Source: Candidatus Sumerlaeia bacterium (lineage in GTDB: Bacteria > Sumerlaeota > Sumerlaeia > SLMS01). Taken from it: a stretch of 64,000 bases of DNA. The DNA lies in the NCBI GenBank assembly GCA_038208905.1, contig JBBQYG010000001.1, positions 21,727-85,726 of the forward strand, read 5' to 3'. This document shows, piece after piece, positions 1 through 9,808 of this stretch (the stretch's first letter is position 1; each line of letters begins with the position of its first letter). A program made the position numbers and the translations under genes. Under the pieces are notes generated by a model. That model had not been told where the DNA came from. It made no database searches and saw only the letters and a program-made list of their open reading frames with translations.

Positions 1-1263
1 GGCACAACGCTGCTGGGCCTCGCATCGGGGCTGGCGGGGGTGTTCCTGCTGCTGAGGAAGCGCTCGCTCCTAAGCGACGTGGTCAGTCACTCCGCCCTTC
101 CCGGAATTGGCATCGCGTTCATCGCGATGACGATGATGGGCGGCGGCGGCAAGAACACCCTTGGCCTGCTGCTTGGCGCCACGGCGACCGCGCTGCTGGG
201 CATTGTCGCGGTCGGCGCCATCCGTCGGTTCACGCGCCTGAAGGACGATGCGGCGCTGGCGATCGTGCTGGGGACGTTCTTCTCCGCGGGGATCGCGCTG
301 ACCGGCGTGGCGGCGCGCATGCCTGGCGCGGGAGCGTCGGGGCTGGAGAGCTGGATCTACGGCAAGACCGCGTCGATGCTCTTCTCCGACGCGCTGCTGA
401 TCGGAATCACCGGCCTGCTGGTGACGCTGGGGACGGTGCTGCTCTTCAAGGAGCTGGCGCTGCTATGCTTCGACGAGGACTTCGCCGCGACGCAGGGTTG
501 GCCCGTGGGGCTGCTGGACATGTTGCTGATGGGCGCGACGGTGGCCGTCACGGTGATCGGCTTGCAGGCGGTGGGGCTGATCCTGGTGGTGGCGCTCCTG
601 ATCATACCGCCGGCGGCGGCGCGGCTGTGGACGCATCGGCTGCGCCCGCTTGCCGCGATCTCGGCGGTGATCGGCGGGCTCGCCTGCCTGGTGGGGAGCG
701 CCCTCAGCGCGCTGATGGAGAATCTCCCCGCGGGCGCGATCATCGTGCTCTCCGCGGCGGCGCTGTTCTGCGTCAGCCTCGTCTTCGGCACAGAGGGCGG
801 GATGCTCCACCGAGGCCTCGGCGCGTGGACGCTGCGCAAGCGCGTCGGTCGCCAGCATCTGCTCCGCGCGCTGGCGGAGCTTGCAGAGCAATCCGGCAAG
901 GACGTCGCCTCCTTCTCCACGATCCGTCACCGGCGATCGTGGCACACCGCGACGGTGCGGGGACTCCTCGCAAGCGCCATGAAGGATGGGCTGGTGGAGC
1001 GCGTGGATGCGCGCCATTGGCGCCTGACGGAATCCGGAGTGGCGGAAGCCCGCCGCGTTGTCCGCAATCACCGCCTCTGGGAATTGTTCCTGATCACCCA
1101 CGCCGACATCGCGCCCTCCCACGTGGATCGCGACGCCGACATGATCGAGCACATCCTGGACGAGCGAATGATCGCGCAGCTTGAGGGATTGATGGCCGGG
1201 GAGAATCGCGGCCACGTGCCGCCGAGCCCGCACGCATTGCGTCCGGCGGAGGGCACGGCCTGA
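1..1263 (+). CDS. Mn/Zn/Fe ABC transporter permease (TroC/MntC-like) fused to C-terminal DtxR-type domain; 5' truncated by window edge
   Basis: Frame open from base 1 (GTTLLGLASGLAGVFLLLRKRSLLSDVVSH). ABC-3 permease motifs 'DVVSHSALPG' and 'LQAVGLILVVALLIIPPAAARLW'. C-terminal 'LTESG...RNHRLWELFL...ADMIEH' matches the iron-dependent repressor metal/dimer domain. Confidence 0.9.
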   Translation, partial: GTTLLGLASGLAGVFLLLRKRSLLSDVVSHSALPGIGIAFIAMTMMGGGGKNTLGLLLGATATALLGIVAVGAIRRFTRLKDDAALAIVLGTFFSAGIALTGVAARMPGAGASGLESWIYGKTASMLFSDALLIGITGLLVTLGTVLLFKELALLCFDEDFAATQGWPVGLLDMLLMGATVAVTVIGLQAVGLILVVALLIIPPAAARLWTHRLRPLAAISAVIGGLACLVGSALSALMENLPAGAIIVLSAAALFCVSLVFGTEGGMLHRGLGAWTLRKRVGRQHLLRALAELAEQSGKDVASFSTIRHRRSWHTATVRGLLASAMKDGLVERVDARHWRLTESGVAEARRVVRNHRLWELFLITHADIAPSHVDRDADMIEHILDERMIAQLEGLMAGENRGHVPPSPHALRPAEGTA

Positions 1264-2567
1264 TGTGGACGACCTTCGACACCGCGATCGTGGCCACGGG
1301 CGCCATCGCGGCGATGTCCTGCGCGCTGCCGGGATGCTTCCTTCTGCTGAGGCGCAGCAGCATGATGGGCGACGCGATCAGCCACACGGTGCTGCCGGGA
1401 ATTGCGGCGGCATACCTGCTGACGGGATCGCGGGACAGCCTGCCGATGTTCGTCGGCGCCATCGTGGTGGGCGTCCTGACGGCGTTGCTGATTCAGGCGG
1501 TGCAGCGCGGCGGCCAGGTGGAGGAAGGCGCCGCGATGGGCGTGGTGTTCACGTCGCTCTTTGCCCTCGGCCTCGTGATGATCCGTCGCGCGGCGGACCA
1601 TGTGGACCTCGACCCGAGCTGCGTCCTCTATGGCGCGCTGGAACTGGCGCCGCTGGATACCGTCTCCGTCGGCGGCTGGGACATTCCCCGCGCAGCAATT
1701 TCGAGCGGCGCGCTCCTGCTGATCAACGCGGTCTTCATCGGCATCTTCTACAAGGAGCTGAAGCTCTGTGCGTTCGACCCGGGCTATGCGCGGACACAGG
1801 GCATTCGCGTCGGCGCGCTGAATCTGGCGCTGATGACGCTGATCGCCGCGACCACCGTGGCCGCGTTCGAGAGCGTCGGCAGCATCCTGGTGATCGCGAT
1901 GCTCATCGTGCCCGCCGCCACCGCCTACCTGATGACGGATCGGCTGCCGATCATGCTGGTGGGGAGTCTCGTCTTCGGCGCGCTCTCCGCCGCGCTCGGC
2001 CACGGCATGGTGGTGTGGATGGTCGATGGATTGGGACTGCCCGACACCAGCTCCGCGGGGATGACCGGCGTGGCGGCGGGGATCCTCTTCGTCGCGATGG
2101 CGCTGGGTTCCCCGAAGTATGGTATCCTGATGCGCGCGGCCCGTTCGCTCCAGCTCGCCCTCGGCATCGCGCGCGACGATGTGCTCGCCTACCTGTACCG
2201 CCACGGCGAACTTGATCCACTGGGCACCCGCCCGCGCCCCACGGCAAGCAACCTCCGCGAGGCCATCCGTGCCCGCGTCGCGGTCAGCGCGGCGATCTGG
2301 CAACTGAGGAATCGGCGCCTGCTGGCGGCGGAGGGCGGCGGAATCGCCCTCACCCCCGCTGGCCGCGACACGGCCCGGGGCCTTGTCCGGTCGCATCGGC
2401 TGTGGGAGACGTATCTGGTGGAGAAATTGGGGCTCCGACCCGATCACGTGCATTCCACGGCGGAAGTTCTGGAGCACATCACCGACCGCACCATGCGCGA
2501 AAGCCTGAGCCGCGAGACCGGCGACGCCCCCCGGGACCCCCACCGCTCCAGCATCCCCCCAGAGTGA
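1263..2567 (+). CDS. Mn/Zn/Fe ABC transporter permease (TroD/MntD-like) fused to C-terminal DtxR-type domain
   Basis: TGATG overlap with the upstream gene. Motifs 'GDAISHTVLPG' and 'AFESVGSILVIAMLIVP'. C-terminal 'LTPAG...RSHRLWETYL...AEVLEH...DPH'. Confidence 0.9.
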   Translation: MWTTFDTAIVATGAIAAMSCALPGCFLLLRRSSMMGDAISHTVLPGIAAAYLLTGSRDSLPMFVGAIVVGVLTALLIQAVQRGGQVEEGAAMGVVFTSLFALGLVMIRRAADHVDLDPSCVLYGALELAPLDTVSVGGWDIPRAAISSGALLLINAVFIGIFYKELKLCAFDPGYARTQGIRVGALNLALMTLIAATTVAAFESVGSILVIAMLIVPAATAYLMTDRLPIMLVGSLVFGALSAALGHGMVVWMVDGLGLPDTSSAGMTGVAAGILFVAMALGSPKYGILMRAARSLQLALGIARDDVLAYLYRHGELDPLGTRPRPTASNLREAIRARVAVSAAIWQLRNRRLLAAEGGGIALTPAGRDTARGLVRSHRLWETYLVEKLGLRPDHVHSTAEVLEHITDRTMRESLSRETGDAPRDPHRSSIPPE

Positions 2568-2649
2568 CCCCCCGCAATCGTTGCTGACACGCGGGCGGGC
2601 GTCGGCCTACACTTTCCACCAGATTACCCGCGAAGGAGCCGCGCAGCCC

Positions 2650-2871
2650 ATGTTACTCTTATCGGCAGGCCTATTCCCCGGGTTCTGGGAAATGATGATA
2701 GTCCTCGCGGTGGTCCTGCTTATCTTCGGGCCGCGCAACCTCCCCAAGCTGGGCGCCATGATCGGCAAGACCATTGGCTCCTTCCGCGACGCCGCTACCA
2801 AGGGCGTGGACGAGGACGAGGAAACCCCGAAAGCGCCCGCATCAATCGACAGTCGCAAGGAACCGAGGTAA
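2650..2871 (+). CDS. tatA: Twin-arginine translocase TatA/E subunit
   Basis: 'WEMMIVLAVVLLIFGPRNLPKLGAMIGKTIGSFR' (TM-FG hinge-amphipathic helix). AAGGAG upstream of ATG 2650. Confidence 0.9.
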   Translation: MLLLSAGLFPGFWEMMIVLAVVLLIFGPRNLPKLGAMIGKTIGSFRDAATKGVDEDEETPKAPASIDSRKEPR

Positions 2872-2964
2872 GAAGGAAGTAAGGGACTGCAGGGGCCGAG
2901 GGAACGAAAAGCTGGAGTTCCCCTTTCCCTGCCTCCCCCTGCTTTTTCCTGCCTCTCCCCCCCC
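2872..2964. repeat. Imperfect purine-rich/pyrimidine-rich inverted repeat with about 9-bp period between convergent tatA and pilT
   Basis: Left arm gaaggaagt-aagggactg-caggggccg-agggaacga; right arm tttccctgc-ctcccccct-gctttttcc-tgcctctcc. Confidence 0.5.
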
Positions 2965-4059
2965 CTAAACCACCGGATCTTCCGCCTCGTTCGTGTGGGC
3001 CATCATCTTGACGCGAAGTTCGTCGGGATAGGTGGCGCGCTCGAGGGCGACATCTCCGTTGACCTGACCGGCCTTGTAGAGGCGGAACAGGAAATCGTCC
3101 ATGGTCATCATGCCCATCTTGGCGGAGATCTGGATCTGGGAGAAGAGGCGGTTGGTCTTGTGCTCGCGGATGAGCGAGGCGACGGCGGGGACGTTGTGGA
3201 GGATCTCGTAGGCGGCGCGGCGGCCCTTGCCGGACGCGTGGGGGACGAGCGTTTGGGCGATGATCGTCTTGAGCGCCACGGAGAGCACCGCGCGCACCTG
3301 TTCCTGTTGGTTGGCTGGGAAGGCGTCGATCATGCGGTCAACGGTGGAGGATGCGTCGATGGTGTGCAGCGTTCCGAACACCAAGTGGCCTGTTTCCGCG
3401 GCGTGGAGGCCGGCTTCCATCGTTTCCAAATCTCGCATTTCACCCACCAGAATCACGTCGGGGTCCTGACGCAGCGCGCCGCGGAGCGCGTAGGAGAAGC
3501 TGGGCGTGTCCACGTGGATTTCGCGATGGGTGACGATGGCCTTCTTGTGGGGGTGGATGTACTCGATCGGGTCCTCGATGGTGATGATGTGGACGTAGCG
3601 GTTCACGTTGATGTAGTCGATCAGCGTCGCCAGCGTGGTCGTCTTGCCGGAGCCGGTGGGGCCGGTGATAATGCAGAGACCGCGGTGGGCGTGGAGCACG
3701 TTGATGATCGATTCCTTGGGAAGGCCAAGGACCTCGAACGGCAGCAGCCGCGAGGGAATGAGTCGCATGACGATGCTGATGTTGCCGCGCGCGCGGAACA
3801 CGGCCACGCGGAAACGGGCCTGGTCGGAGTAGGAGTAGGCGAAGTCGGCGGAGCCGTGCTCCTGAAGCATCTGCTGATAGCGCGGCGGCGTGATTTCGCG
3901 CATCAGGCGCTCGGAATCGTCGGGCGTCAGGATGTCGGGATCGACCACGTCCAAGGTGCCGCCAAGCCGCATGACGGCGGCCTTGCCGACGGAGATGTGA
4001 AGGTCGGAGCCATCGCGCTCGACGATGATCTTCAGCATCTCGTTGATGTCCATTGCCAT
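2965..4059 (-). CDS. pilT: Type IV pilus retraction ATPase PilT
   Basis: 'SDLHIS', Walker A 'GPTGSGKTTT', 'TIEDPIEY', 'LRQDPDVILVGEMRD', 'AETGHLVFGTLHT' and AIRNLIRE-like 'AVASLIRE'. Confidence 0.93.
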   Translation of the reverse strand: MAMDINEMLKIIVERDGSDLHISVGKAAVMRLGGTLDVVDPDILTPDDSERLMREITPPRYQQMLQEHGSADFAYSYSDQARFRVAVFRARGNISIVMRLIPSRLLPFEVLGLPKESIINVLHAHRGLCIITGPTGSGKTTTLATLIDYINVNRYVHIITIEDPIEYIHPHKKAIVTHREIHVDTPSFSYALRGALRQDPDVILVGEMRDLETMEAGLHAAETGHLVFGTLHTIDASSTVDRMIDAFPANQQEQVRAVLSVALKTIIAQTLVPHASGKGRRAAYEILHNVPAVASLIREHKTNRLFSQIQISAKMGMMTMDDFLFRLYKAGQVNGDVALERATYPDELRVKMMAHTNEAEDPVV

Positions 4060-4340
4060 GGGTGAAGCGGCTCCTTGGCGGCGGATGCGCCGCGCGGACG
4101 GTTGGTTGGGCGTGCCCAATGGCCAGAGGATGGAACGCCCGCTCGAGGCTGTCAATGCGAGGTGTGGGTTGGGGGATGGGGCATCCACCAGCGATTTGGG
4201 ATCACTGGAAAGTGTCGAGTTATCCAGGTCACCATGGTCATTAAGGTCATATAAGCGTCGTCCCGCGCCATCCTCGCGCTTGCCCACCCGCCCACCGACT
4301 CCCACGCTTTCTCCGACAGTCAATCCCCGGAGGAACCCTC

Positions 4341-4604
4341 ATGCCCGAAATACTCTCCATTGATCCTACCCCCAATGAGAACGCGATGAAGTTCACCATC
4401 AACGGGAAGGCCATCGCCTCGGGCTCCGCCACGTTCAAGAAGGACACGGCCGCCAACAACCCCATCGCCGAGGCCGTCTTCAAGAATCCCGGCGTTGTGG
4501 CGGTTTTTCTGCTCAACGATTTCGTGACGGTGACCAAGGAGCCCGGCGCCGGGTGGAACGACCTGCTGGATCCCGTGTCGGACTCCATCCGGAGCGTCGG
4601 CTGA
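4341..4604 (+). CDS. Nfu/NifU N-terminal scaffold-domain protein
   Basis: 'IDPTPNENAMKF...PIAEAVF..PGVVAVFLLNDFVTVTK...W'. GGAGG RBS. Confidence 0.85.
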   Translation: MPEILSIDPTPNENAMKFTINGKAIASGSATFKKDTAANNPIAEAVFKNPGVVAVFLLNDFVTVTKEPGAGWNDLLDPVSDSIRSVG

Positions 4605-4612
4605 CCCCCCCC

Positions 4613-6115
4613 ATGATCGCCCACGTCTTCCCCCCCGCGGCACCGCTTTCCGGCGTGATCGATCCGCCATCGTCCAAGAACTTCACCACGCGCTACTTGC
4701 TGGCGAGTTGCCTCGCGGAGGGCCATAGCGTCGTCCGCCGCCCCGCCGTGCAGGACGACGCGGTGGCGCTGGTCGGGTGCTGCCGCGCGATGGGCGCCAC
4801 GATCCGCGCGCTGGACCGCGACGGTGCGGAGGTTGCCTATGAGGTGGAGAATGACGGCCGCGTGGAGCGCCTTGAAATCATCGGCTTTGGCGCCGCGCCC
4901 AGGCTGCGCCATTCCGGGGAGCCACTGAACCCCGGCAATGCCGGCGCCGTGTTCCGCATGGTGATGGCTGTGAGCGCGTTGCTGCCGGAGGTGCGGTGGG
5001 AGACCGACTACGTCGATTCGCTGGGCAAGCGCCCCAACATCGACCTGCTGGAGGCGCTGGAGCGGCTTGGCGTGGAGGTGGAATACGCCGGTGGTGACGG
5101 CTGTCTGCCGATCACGCTGCGCGGAGGCGCCGAACGCATCCTCGCCCACCTTAGAACCGTGCGCCAGGACCTCGGCATTGCCGCTCACGATCCCGTGCCC
5201 ATCGAGGTCTCTGGCGCTGTCAGCAGCCAGTACACCAGCGCGCTGATGTTTCTGGCGCCGCTGATCGGCGAGGACATCGAGCTTCGCGCGACGGGGCGGC
5301 TGAAGTCGCTCCCGCTGATCGAGACGACGCGCAACGTGCTCTCCGCCGCGGGGATCGAGGTGGAGTCCAGCGAGGCCCGCCACATCCACCGCATCCGCGC
5401 GGGACAGAAGTACCAGCCGCGCGTGTGGGAGACCAACGGCGACTGGCCCGGCTCCTCCGCGATTTTGGCGGCGGCCGCCGTCGTGCCGGGGAGCCACATC
5501 ACCGTGAGGCGCCTTTATCGCGACGAGCAGGGCGAGAAGGAATGTGTCCCTTTCTTCGAGAAGATGGGCTGCTCTGTCTCCGAATGGACCAGCGAAGGCG
5601 CCGATCCGCGCCTGGAGTTCCGCGGTCCCGCCGGGGATACGCTGGAGGCGGCGTCGGTGAACGGCGACCTGTGTACCGACGCCGTGCTGGCGATGATGGG
5701 GGCGGCGCTGGTGGCGCGCGGCAACAGCCGCTTTGTCCAGATCCGAAACCTCCAGTTCAAGGAATGCGACCGCGTTCGCGAGCCGATCGCCGAATTGCGC
5801 AAGGTGTGGGCGACGGCGCTCCCCGGGGAGCGCGTCCTGCCCGGGAACCGCGCCATCCGCTGGGAACCGGACGACGATCCCGACACCATCCATGTGACGG
5901 GGGCCCCCCAGGGCTTCGAGGGCGGGATCGAGGTGGATGGCCGGGGCGACCACCGGGTGATCATGATGCTGTCAATTGTGGCGTTGCGCTGCCGCAAGGG
6001 CCTCCGCATCCGGGGTGCCGAGCACGTGAGCAAGAGCTTCCCCGCGTGGTTCGACGTACTGGCCCAGATGGGCGTCCGCGTGGAATTCACCGAGGAAAAG
6101 CCGGGAACTCCATGA
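4613..6115 (+). CDS. aroA: 3-phosphoshikimate 1-carboxyvinyltransferase (EPSP synthase)
   Basis: 'PSSKNFTTRYLL', 'GNAGAVFR', 'SSQYTSALM', 'KECDR', 'DHR' and 'SKSFP' motifs. Confidence 0.93.
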   Translation: MIAHVFPPAAPLSGVIDPPSSKNFTTRYLLASCLAEGHSVVRRPAVQDDAVALVGCCRAMGATIRALDRDGAEVAYEVENDGRVERLEIIGFGAAPRLRHSGEPLNPGNAGAVFRMVMAVSALLPEVRWETDYVDSLGKRPNIDLLEALERLGVEVEYAGGDGCLPITLRGGAERILAHLRTVRQDLGIAAHDPVPIEVSGAVSSQYTSALMFLAPLIGEDIELRATGRLKSLPLIETTRNVLSAAGIEVESSEARHIHRIRAGQKYQPRVWETNGDWPGSSAILAAAAVVPGSHITVRRLYRDEQGEKECVPFFEKMGCSVSEWTSEGADPRLEFRGPAGDTLEAASVNGDLCTDAVLAMMGAALVARGNSRFVQIRNLQFKECDRVREPIAELRKVWATALPGERVLPGNRAIRWEPDDDPDTIHVTGAPQGFEGGIEVDGRGDHRVIMMLSIVALRCRKGLRIRGAEHVSKSFPAWFDVLAQMGVRVEFTEEKPGTP

Positions 6116-6215
6116 TAAGTGGCTTGCTTACCAGCCAGTCGTTGACCGATTGTTTTTAGTGTCCAGATACTTGTGACGGCTTTCCGAAACTCATCCCGTC
6201 AAGGATACCTCCCCC

Positions 6216-7313
6216 ATGCTGTCCGTTCGCCTCGATGACCTCCTCGTGGAGATGGTTGAAAAGGGCGCGTCCGACCTGTTTCTGAAGGCAGGCGTCGGCC
6301 CCCACATCCGCGTGGATGGCAAAATTCAGATGATGGACTATGGGGAGTTGACCCTGGAAGAGACCCAGGAAATCGCCTATGGCATGATGACCGAGGAGCA
6401 GATCGAGCGCTTCGAGCGAATCCCCGAAATGGATCTGGCGCTCGGCGTGCGGGGCGTGGGCCGCTTTCGCGTGAACCTGTTCCGCCAGCGCGGCTCCATC
6501 GCGATGGTCTTCCGCCACATCAAGTCGCCGGGATTCAGCTTCGAGGATCTGATGCTCCCCGATACCGTGCGCCAGCTGGCCGAGAAGAACCGTGGCCTCG
6601 TTCTGGTGACGGGCACCACCGGCTCCGGCAAGTCCACGACGCTGGCCGCGATGATCAACCACATCAACACGATCCGCAAGTGCCACATCGTGACCGTGGA
6701 AGACCCCATCGAATTCCTCCACGCCGACCGCGAGGCGATCATCAGCCAGCGCGAGGTGGGCTTCGACACCAAGTCCTTCTCCGACGCGCTGCGCCACGTC
6801 CTTCGCCAGGCGCCCGACGTGATTCTGATCGGCGAGATGCGCGACCTGGAGACGGTGCAGACCGCCATCGCCGCGGCGGAGACGGGTCACCTCGTCCTGT
6901 CCACGCTCCACACCATCGACGCCGTGCAGACGGTGGAGCGCATCATCAACTTCTTCCCCGCCTATCTCCACGCGCAGATCCGCATGGAAATGGCCCTCGG
7001 CCTGCAGGGCGTCATCAGCCAGCGACTTCTTCCCCGCAAGCGCAGCAACGGTCGCGTCCCCGCGGTGGAGACACTTGTCGCCACGCCCTTCATCAAGAAG
7101 CTCCTCAACGAGGGGAAGACCCTCGAAATCCTTCCCGCCATCGAGGAAGGCGGGCACTGGGGAATGCAGAGCTTCAACCAGGCGCTCCACACCCTGATCC
7201 AGAAGGACCTGGTGGCGATGGACATGGCGATGACCTATGCCACGAGTCCCGAGGAACTCCGCCTCATGGTCGAGGGCATCACCAGCGGCGTCCGCACGAT
7301 GAGGGCGCGGTAA
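6216..7313 (+). CDS. pilU: PilT/PilU-family pilus retraction ATPase (second paralog, PilU-like)
   Basis: 'ASDLFLKAG', 'GTTGSGKSTT', 'LRQAPDVILIGEMRD' and 'AETGHLVLSTLH'. Lacks a clear AIRNLIRE motif. Confidence 0.8.
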   Translation: MLSVRLDDLLVEMVEKGASDLFLKAGVGPHIRVDGKIQMMDYGELTLEETQEIAYGMMTEEQIERFERIPEMDLALGVRGVGRFRVNLFRQRGSIAMVFRHIKSPGFSFEDLMLPDTVRQLAEKNRGLVLVTGTTGSGKSTTLAAMINHINTIRKCHIVTVEDPIEFLHADREAIISQREVGFDTKSFSDALRHVLRQAPDVILIGEMRDLETVQTAIAAAETGHLVLSTLHTIDAVQTVERIINFFPAYLHAQIRMEMALGLQGVISQRLLPRKRSNGRVPAVETLVATPFIKKLLNEGKTLEILPAIEEGGHWGMQSFNQALHTLIQKDLVAMDMAMTYATSPEELRLMVEGITSGVRTMRAR

Positions 7314-7343
7314 ACCATTCCAGGGGCCGAGCGTGATTCCACC

Positions 7344-9536
7344 ATGACGATGCCCGGCGAGCGGGCATGGCGCTCTCACATTCCGGCCCTCCTGCTCTTG
7401 CTGGCGCTTCAGGCCATCGTGCTGCTCCCGATGTTTCCCCCCTGGCGCTGGGGGACGCACCTGCACAACGACGACGCCCGCATCACCAGCTACATGATCA
7501 GCTGGGGCCAGCACGTCCTGTGGACGAGGCCGTGGGACTACTTTGCGATCCCGCTCTTCCATCCCGTCCAGGGAATGAAGGCCGTTACCGAGACGAACCA
7601 GTTGATGGAGTTGGTGACGGCGCCGCTGCGCATTTTCCGCAATCCCGTGCTCGGCTACAACGTGCTGATGGTGCTGAACGCCGTGCTGGCTGGGATGGCG
7701 GCATACGCATTGTGTTTCTGGGTTACACGCCGGCGCATCGCGGCGGTGTTTGGCGGGTTGGTTTTCTCCGGCAATGGCTACATGATTTGGCACCTGTGGG
7801 GGCATCCGAATATCTGCTGTACGTTCCCAATCCCGCTGGCGGCGCTGTGCTATCTGAAGTGGAGGAAGGACGGTCGCGCCCCCGCCGCGATCGGCGTGGG
7901 CGTCGCGATGGTCTTGCAGTTCGCGGCGAGCCTGTATCTCGGCGTCATCCTCGGAATCGGGCTCGGCGCGATGTGGCTCTTCGACGCGGCCCGGGCGCCG
8001 CGCCGCATCCTGTGCCGTGGCGAACTCAAGCTGATCGGCGCGGTGGCCGCAGCGATGGCGGTGTCGCTGGCGCTGGCATCGCCCTATCGCGCGATGAACG
8101 AGCGCCTGGGAGCGTCGCGCGGCCTCGACCAGGCGACACTGTTTTCGGCGAGCGTGTGGAGCTACCTCCTCCCCTCCCACATGGAGGGCGGGCCGGAACC
8201 CCTCGCGGGCGTGGCGATCCGCAAGGTTGTGCCGATCCGCACGCGCATGGAGGAGGCCTCCTTTGCTGGGTGGCTCCCGCTCGCGCTTGCCGCGAGCGCC
8301 CTTGCGTGGGCATGGCGTCGGCGCGAAAACGCGGAAGCGGAAATCGTCCGCCAGATGAGCGCCCTCGCGCTCGTGGGATTCGTCCTCTCCCTCGGCCCGT
8401 TCCTCTGGACCGGCAACAAGGCCATCGCGTGGCGCCTGCCGTTCTACTTCATCTACGAGTATATTCCCCCGCTCCGGTTCCTGCGCGCGACGGCACGGTT
8501 CTCGGTGCTGTGCATGTTGGCGATTTCCGTGGGAGGCGCCGTGGCCGTGGCAAGGATCGAGGCGTCGCGGCGCCTCGCTCCGGCGGGATTGAGAATTCTA
8601 CTGGCGGGAATGCTGATCGCGCTGCTGGTTGAATACACACCGATCAGCGCCCCCGCGACACCCGAGGTTTCCCGCGACGCGACGCGCGCGATCGCAGAGC
8701 TCCCTCCCGATTCCATTCTGGCTCCCTTCCCATTCGACAGCGAGCAATGGCTCCCCACGGCGGCGCTGAAATTCCACCCCACCGTGACGGGCACCGTCGG
8801 CGGAGTGTACAATCACCGCTATCGCTCGATCAGGGACGCATTGACCGCGCCGATGAGCGACCAATTGCTGGCGCGCATCGCCGCGACCGGCGCGAACACG
8901 CTCGTCGTGGAGAATGCCGTCCACCTCCCCATTGCTGACAATATGGAGGGCCTGAAGCCCATCACTCGCTGGGACGGCGGAGCCGTCTATCGCATCGAGG
9001 CCGCGCCCGATGCGGCGTTCGCCGCGTGGATGTCCACCTTACCCGAGCGCCCTGATCTGTCCCACGTCGCCGCCCCCCCCGCTGGATACGCCCCGTGGAA
9101 ACCAGTCCGCTGGATCGTGGCCACCGACACCGGCGAATGGATCGAGTACACCGGCGACCCCGCCATGGATGGATTCATCAGCCGGGGAGGAAGCGACCGC
9201 ATCGGAGTCGTCGCCGGCGGCGTCCCGCTCGCCCCTTTCCGCCGACTCGCCATCGAGTTCCGCCACGACAGCATCGGCATCGACCACTCCCAGGCCCGCG
9301 TCCAGTGGATCACCACCCGCCGCCCCCTCGTCGCCGATTCGCCCTCCATCTGGACCACCGTCTCCGGCACCCACGACTGGCAATACGCCACCTTCGACAT
9401 CGGCGCCAACCCCGCCTTCGATCCCACCGACGAAGTACTCGCCTTCATCCTGGAACTGCCAGCGGCGAACTACCCGGGCATGAAATGCGAAATCCGCGGC
9501 ATCGGCGTCGTTGGCGTCTATACAGAGGATAAGTGA
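7344..9536 (+). CDS. Polytopic membrane protein, probable GT-C (YfhO/PMT-like) glycosyltransferase with C-terminal periplasmic domain
   Basis: N-terminal TM then 'NDD' acidic pair, 'GYNVLMVLNAVLAGMAAY', 'LSLGP' and 'FLRATARF'. About 11 hydrophobic segments and a soluble C-terminus. Confidence 0.6.
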   Translation: MTMPGERAWRSHIPALLLLLALQAIVLLPMFPPWRWGTHLHNDDARITSYMISWGQHVLWTRPWDYFAIPLFHPVQGMKAVTETNQLMELVTAPLRIFRNPVLGYNVLMVLNAVLAGMAAYALCFWVTRRRIAAVFGGLVFSGNGYMIWHLWGHPNICCTFPIPLAALCYLKWRKDGRAPAAIGVGVAMVLQFAASLYLGVILGIGLGAMWLFDAARAPRRILCRGELKLIGAVAAAMAVSLALASPYRAMNERLGASRGLDQATLFSASVWSYLLPSHMEGGPEPLAGVAIRKVVPIRTRMEEASFAGWLPLALAASALAWAWRRRENAEAEIVRQMSALALVGFVLSLGPFLWTGNKAIAWRLPFYFIYEYIPPLRFLRATARFSVLCMLAISVGGAVAVARIEASRRLAPAGLRILLAGMLIALLVEYTPISAPATPEVSRDATRAIAELPPDSILAPFPFDSEQWLPTAALKFHPTVTGTVGGVYNHRYRSIRDALTAPMSDQLLARIAATGANTLVVENAVHLPIADNMEGLKPITRWDGGAVYRIEAAPDAAFAAWMSTLPERPDLSHVAAPPAGYAPWKPVRWIVATDTGEWIEYTGDPAMDGFISRGGSDRIGVVAGGVPLAPFRRLAIEFRHDSIGIDHSQARVQWITTRRPLVADSPSIWTTVSGTHDWQYATFDIGANPAFDPTDEVLAFILELPAANYPGMKCEIRGIGVVGVYTEDK

Positions 9537-9537
9537 A

Positions 9538-9800
9538 TCACCAGCGGTAGTAGAGACTTCCGTCGGAGATCGTCCCATTCGTGGGATCGTACTGGGGTTC
9601 GGCATCGAGCCACTTCGCCGACGAGTCCCCACCCGTGGCGTAGTTGCGCTCGTCCACGTTGGGCCGGAAGCTGAAGATTATTGGCGGCTGGCCGGGATGC
9701 ACCGTCAACGGGCGCCCGCGCGCATCGGCGAAGATGTCCACCGGCAAGTGGTTTGGGAACTGCGCCTCCACATCGCCGGTGGTGCGGGGGCGGAAGCCTT
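9538..9800 (-). pseudogene. 3' remnant of a pilin/pseudopilin-like gene
   Basis: Reads '...LPVDIF...IIFSFRPNVD...PQYDPTNGTISDGSLYYRW*', a pilin-like C-terminus. No room for a prepilin N-terminus because cbpA ends at 9809. Confidence 0.5.
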
Positions 9801-9808
9801 GTCCCCCG

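Noticed and set aside
4225-4255. GGTCA triplet at 9-bp spacing between pilT and the Nfu gene
   Set aside because: Too short to separate an operator from a decayed repeat.
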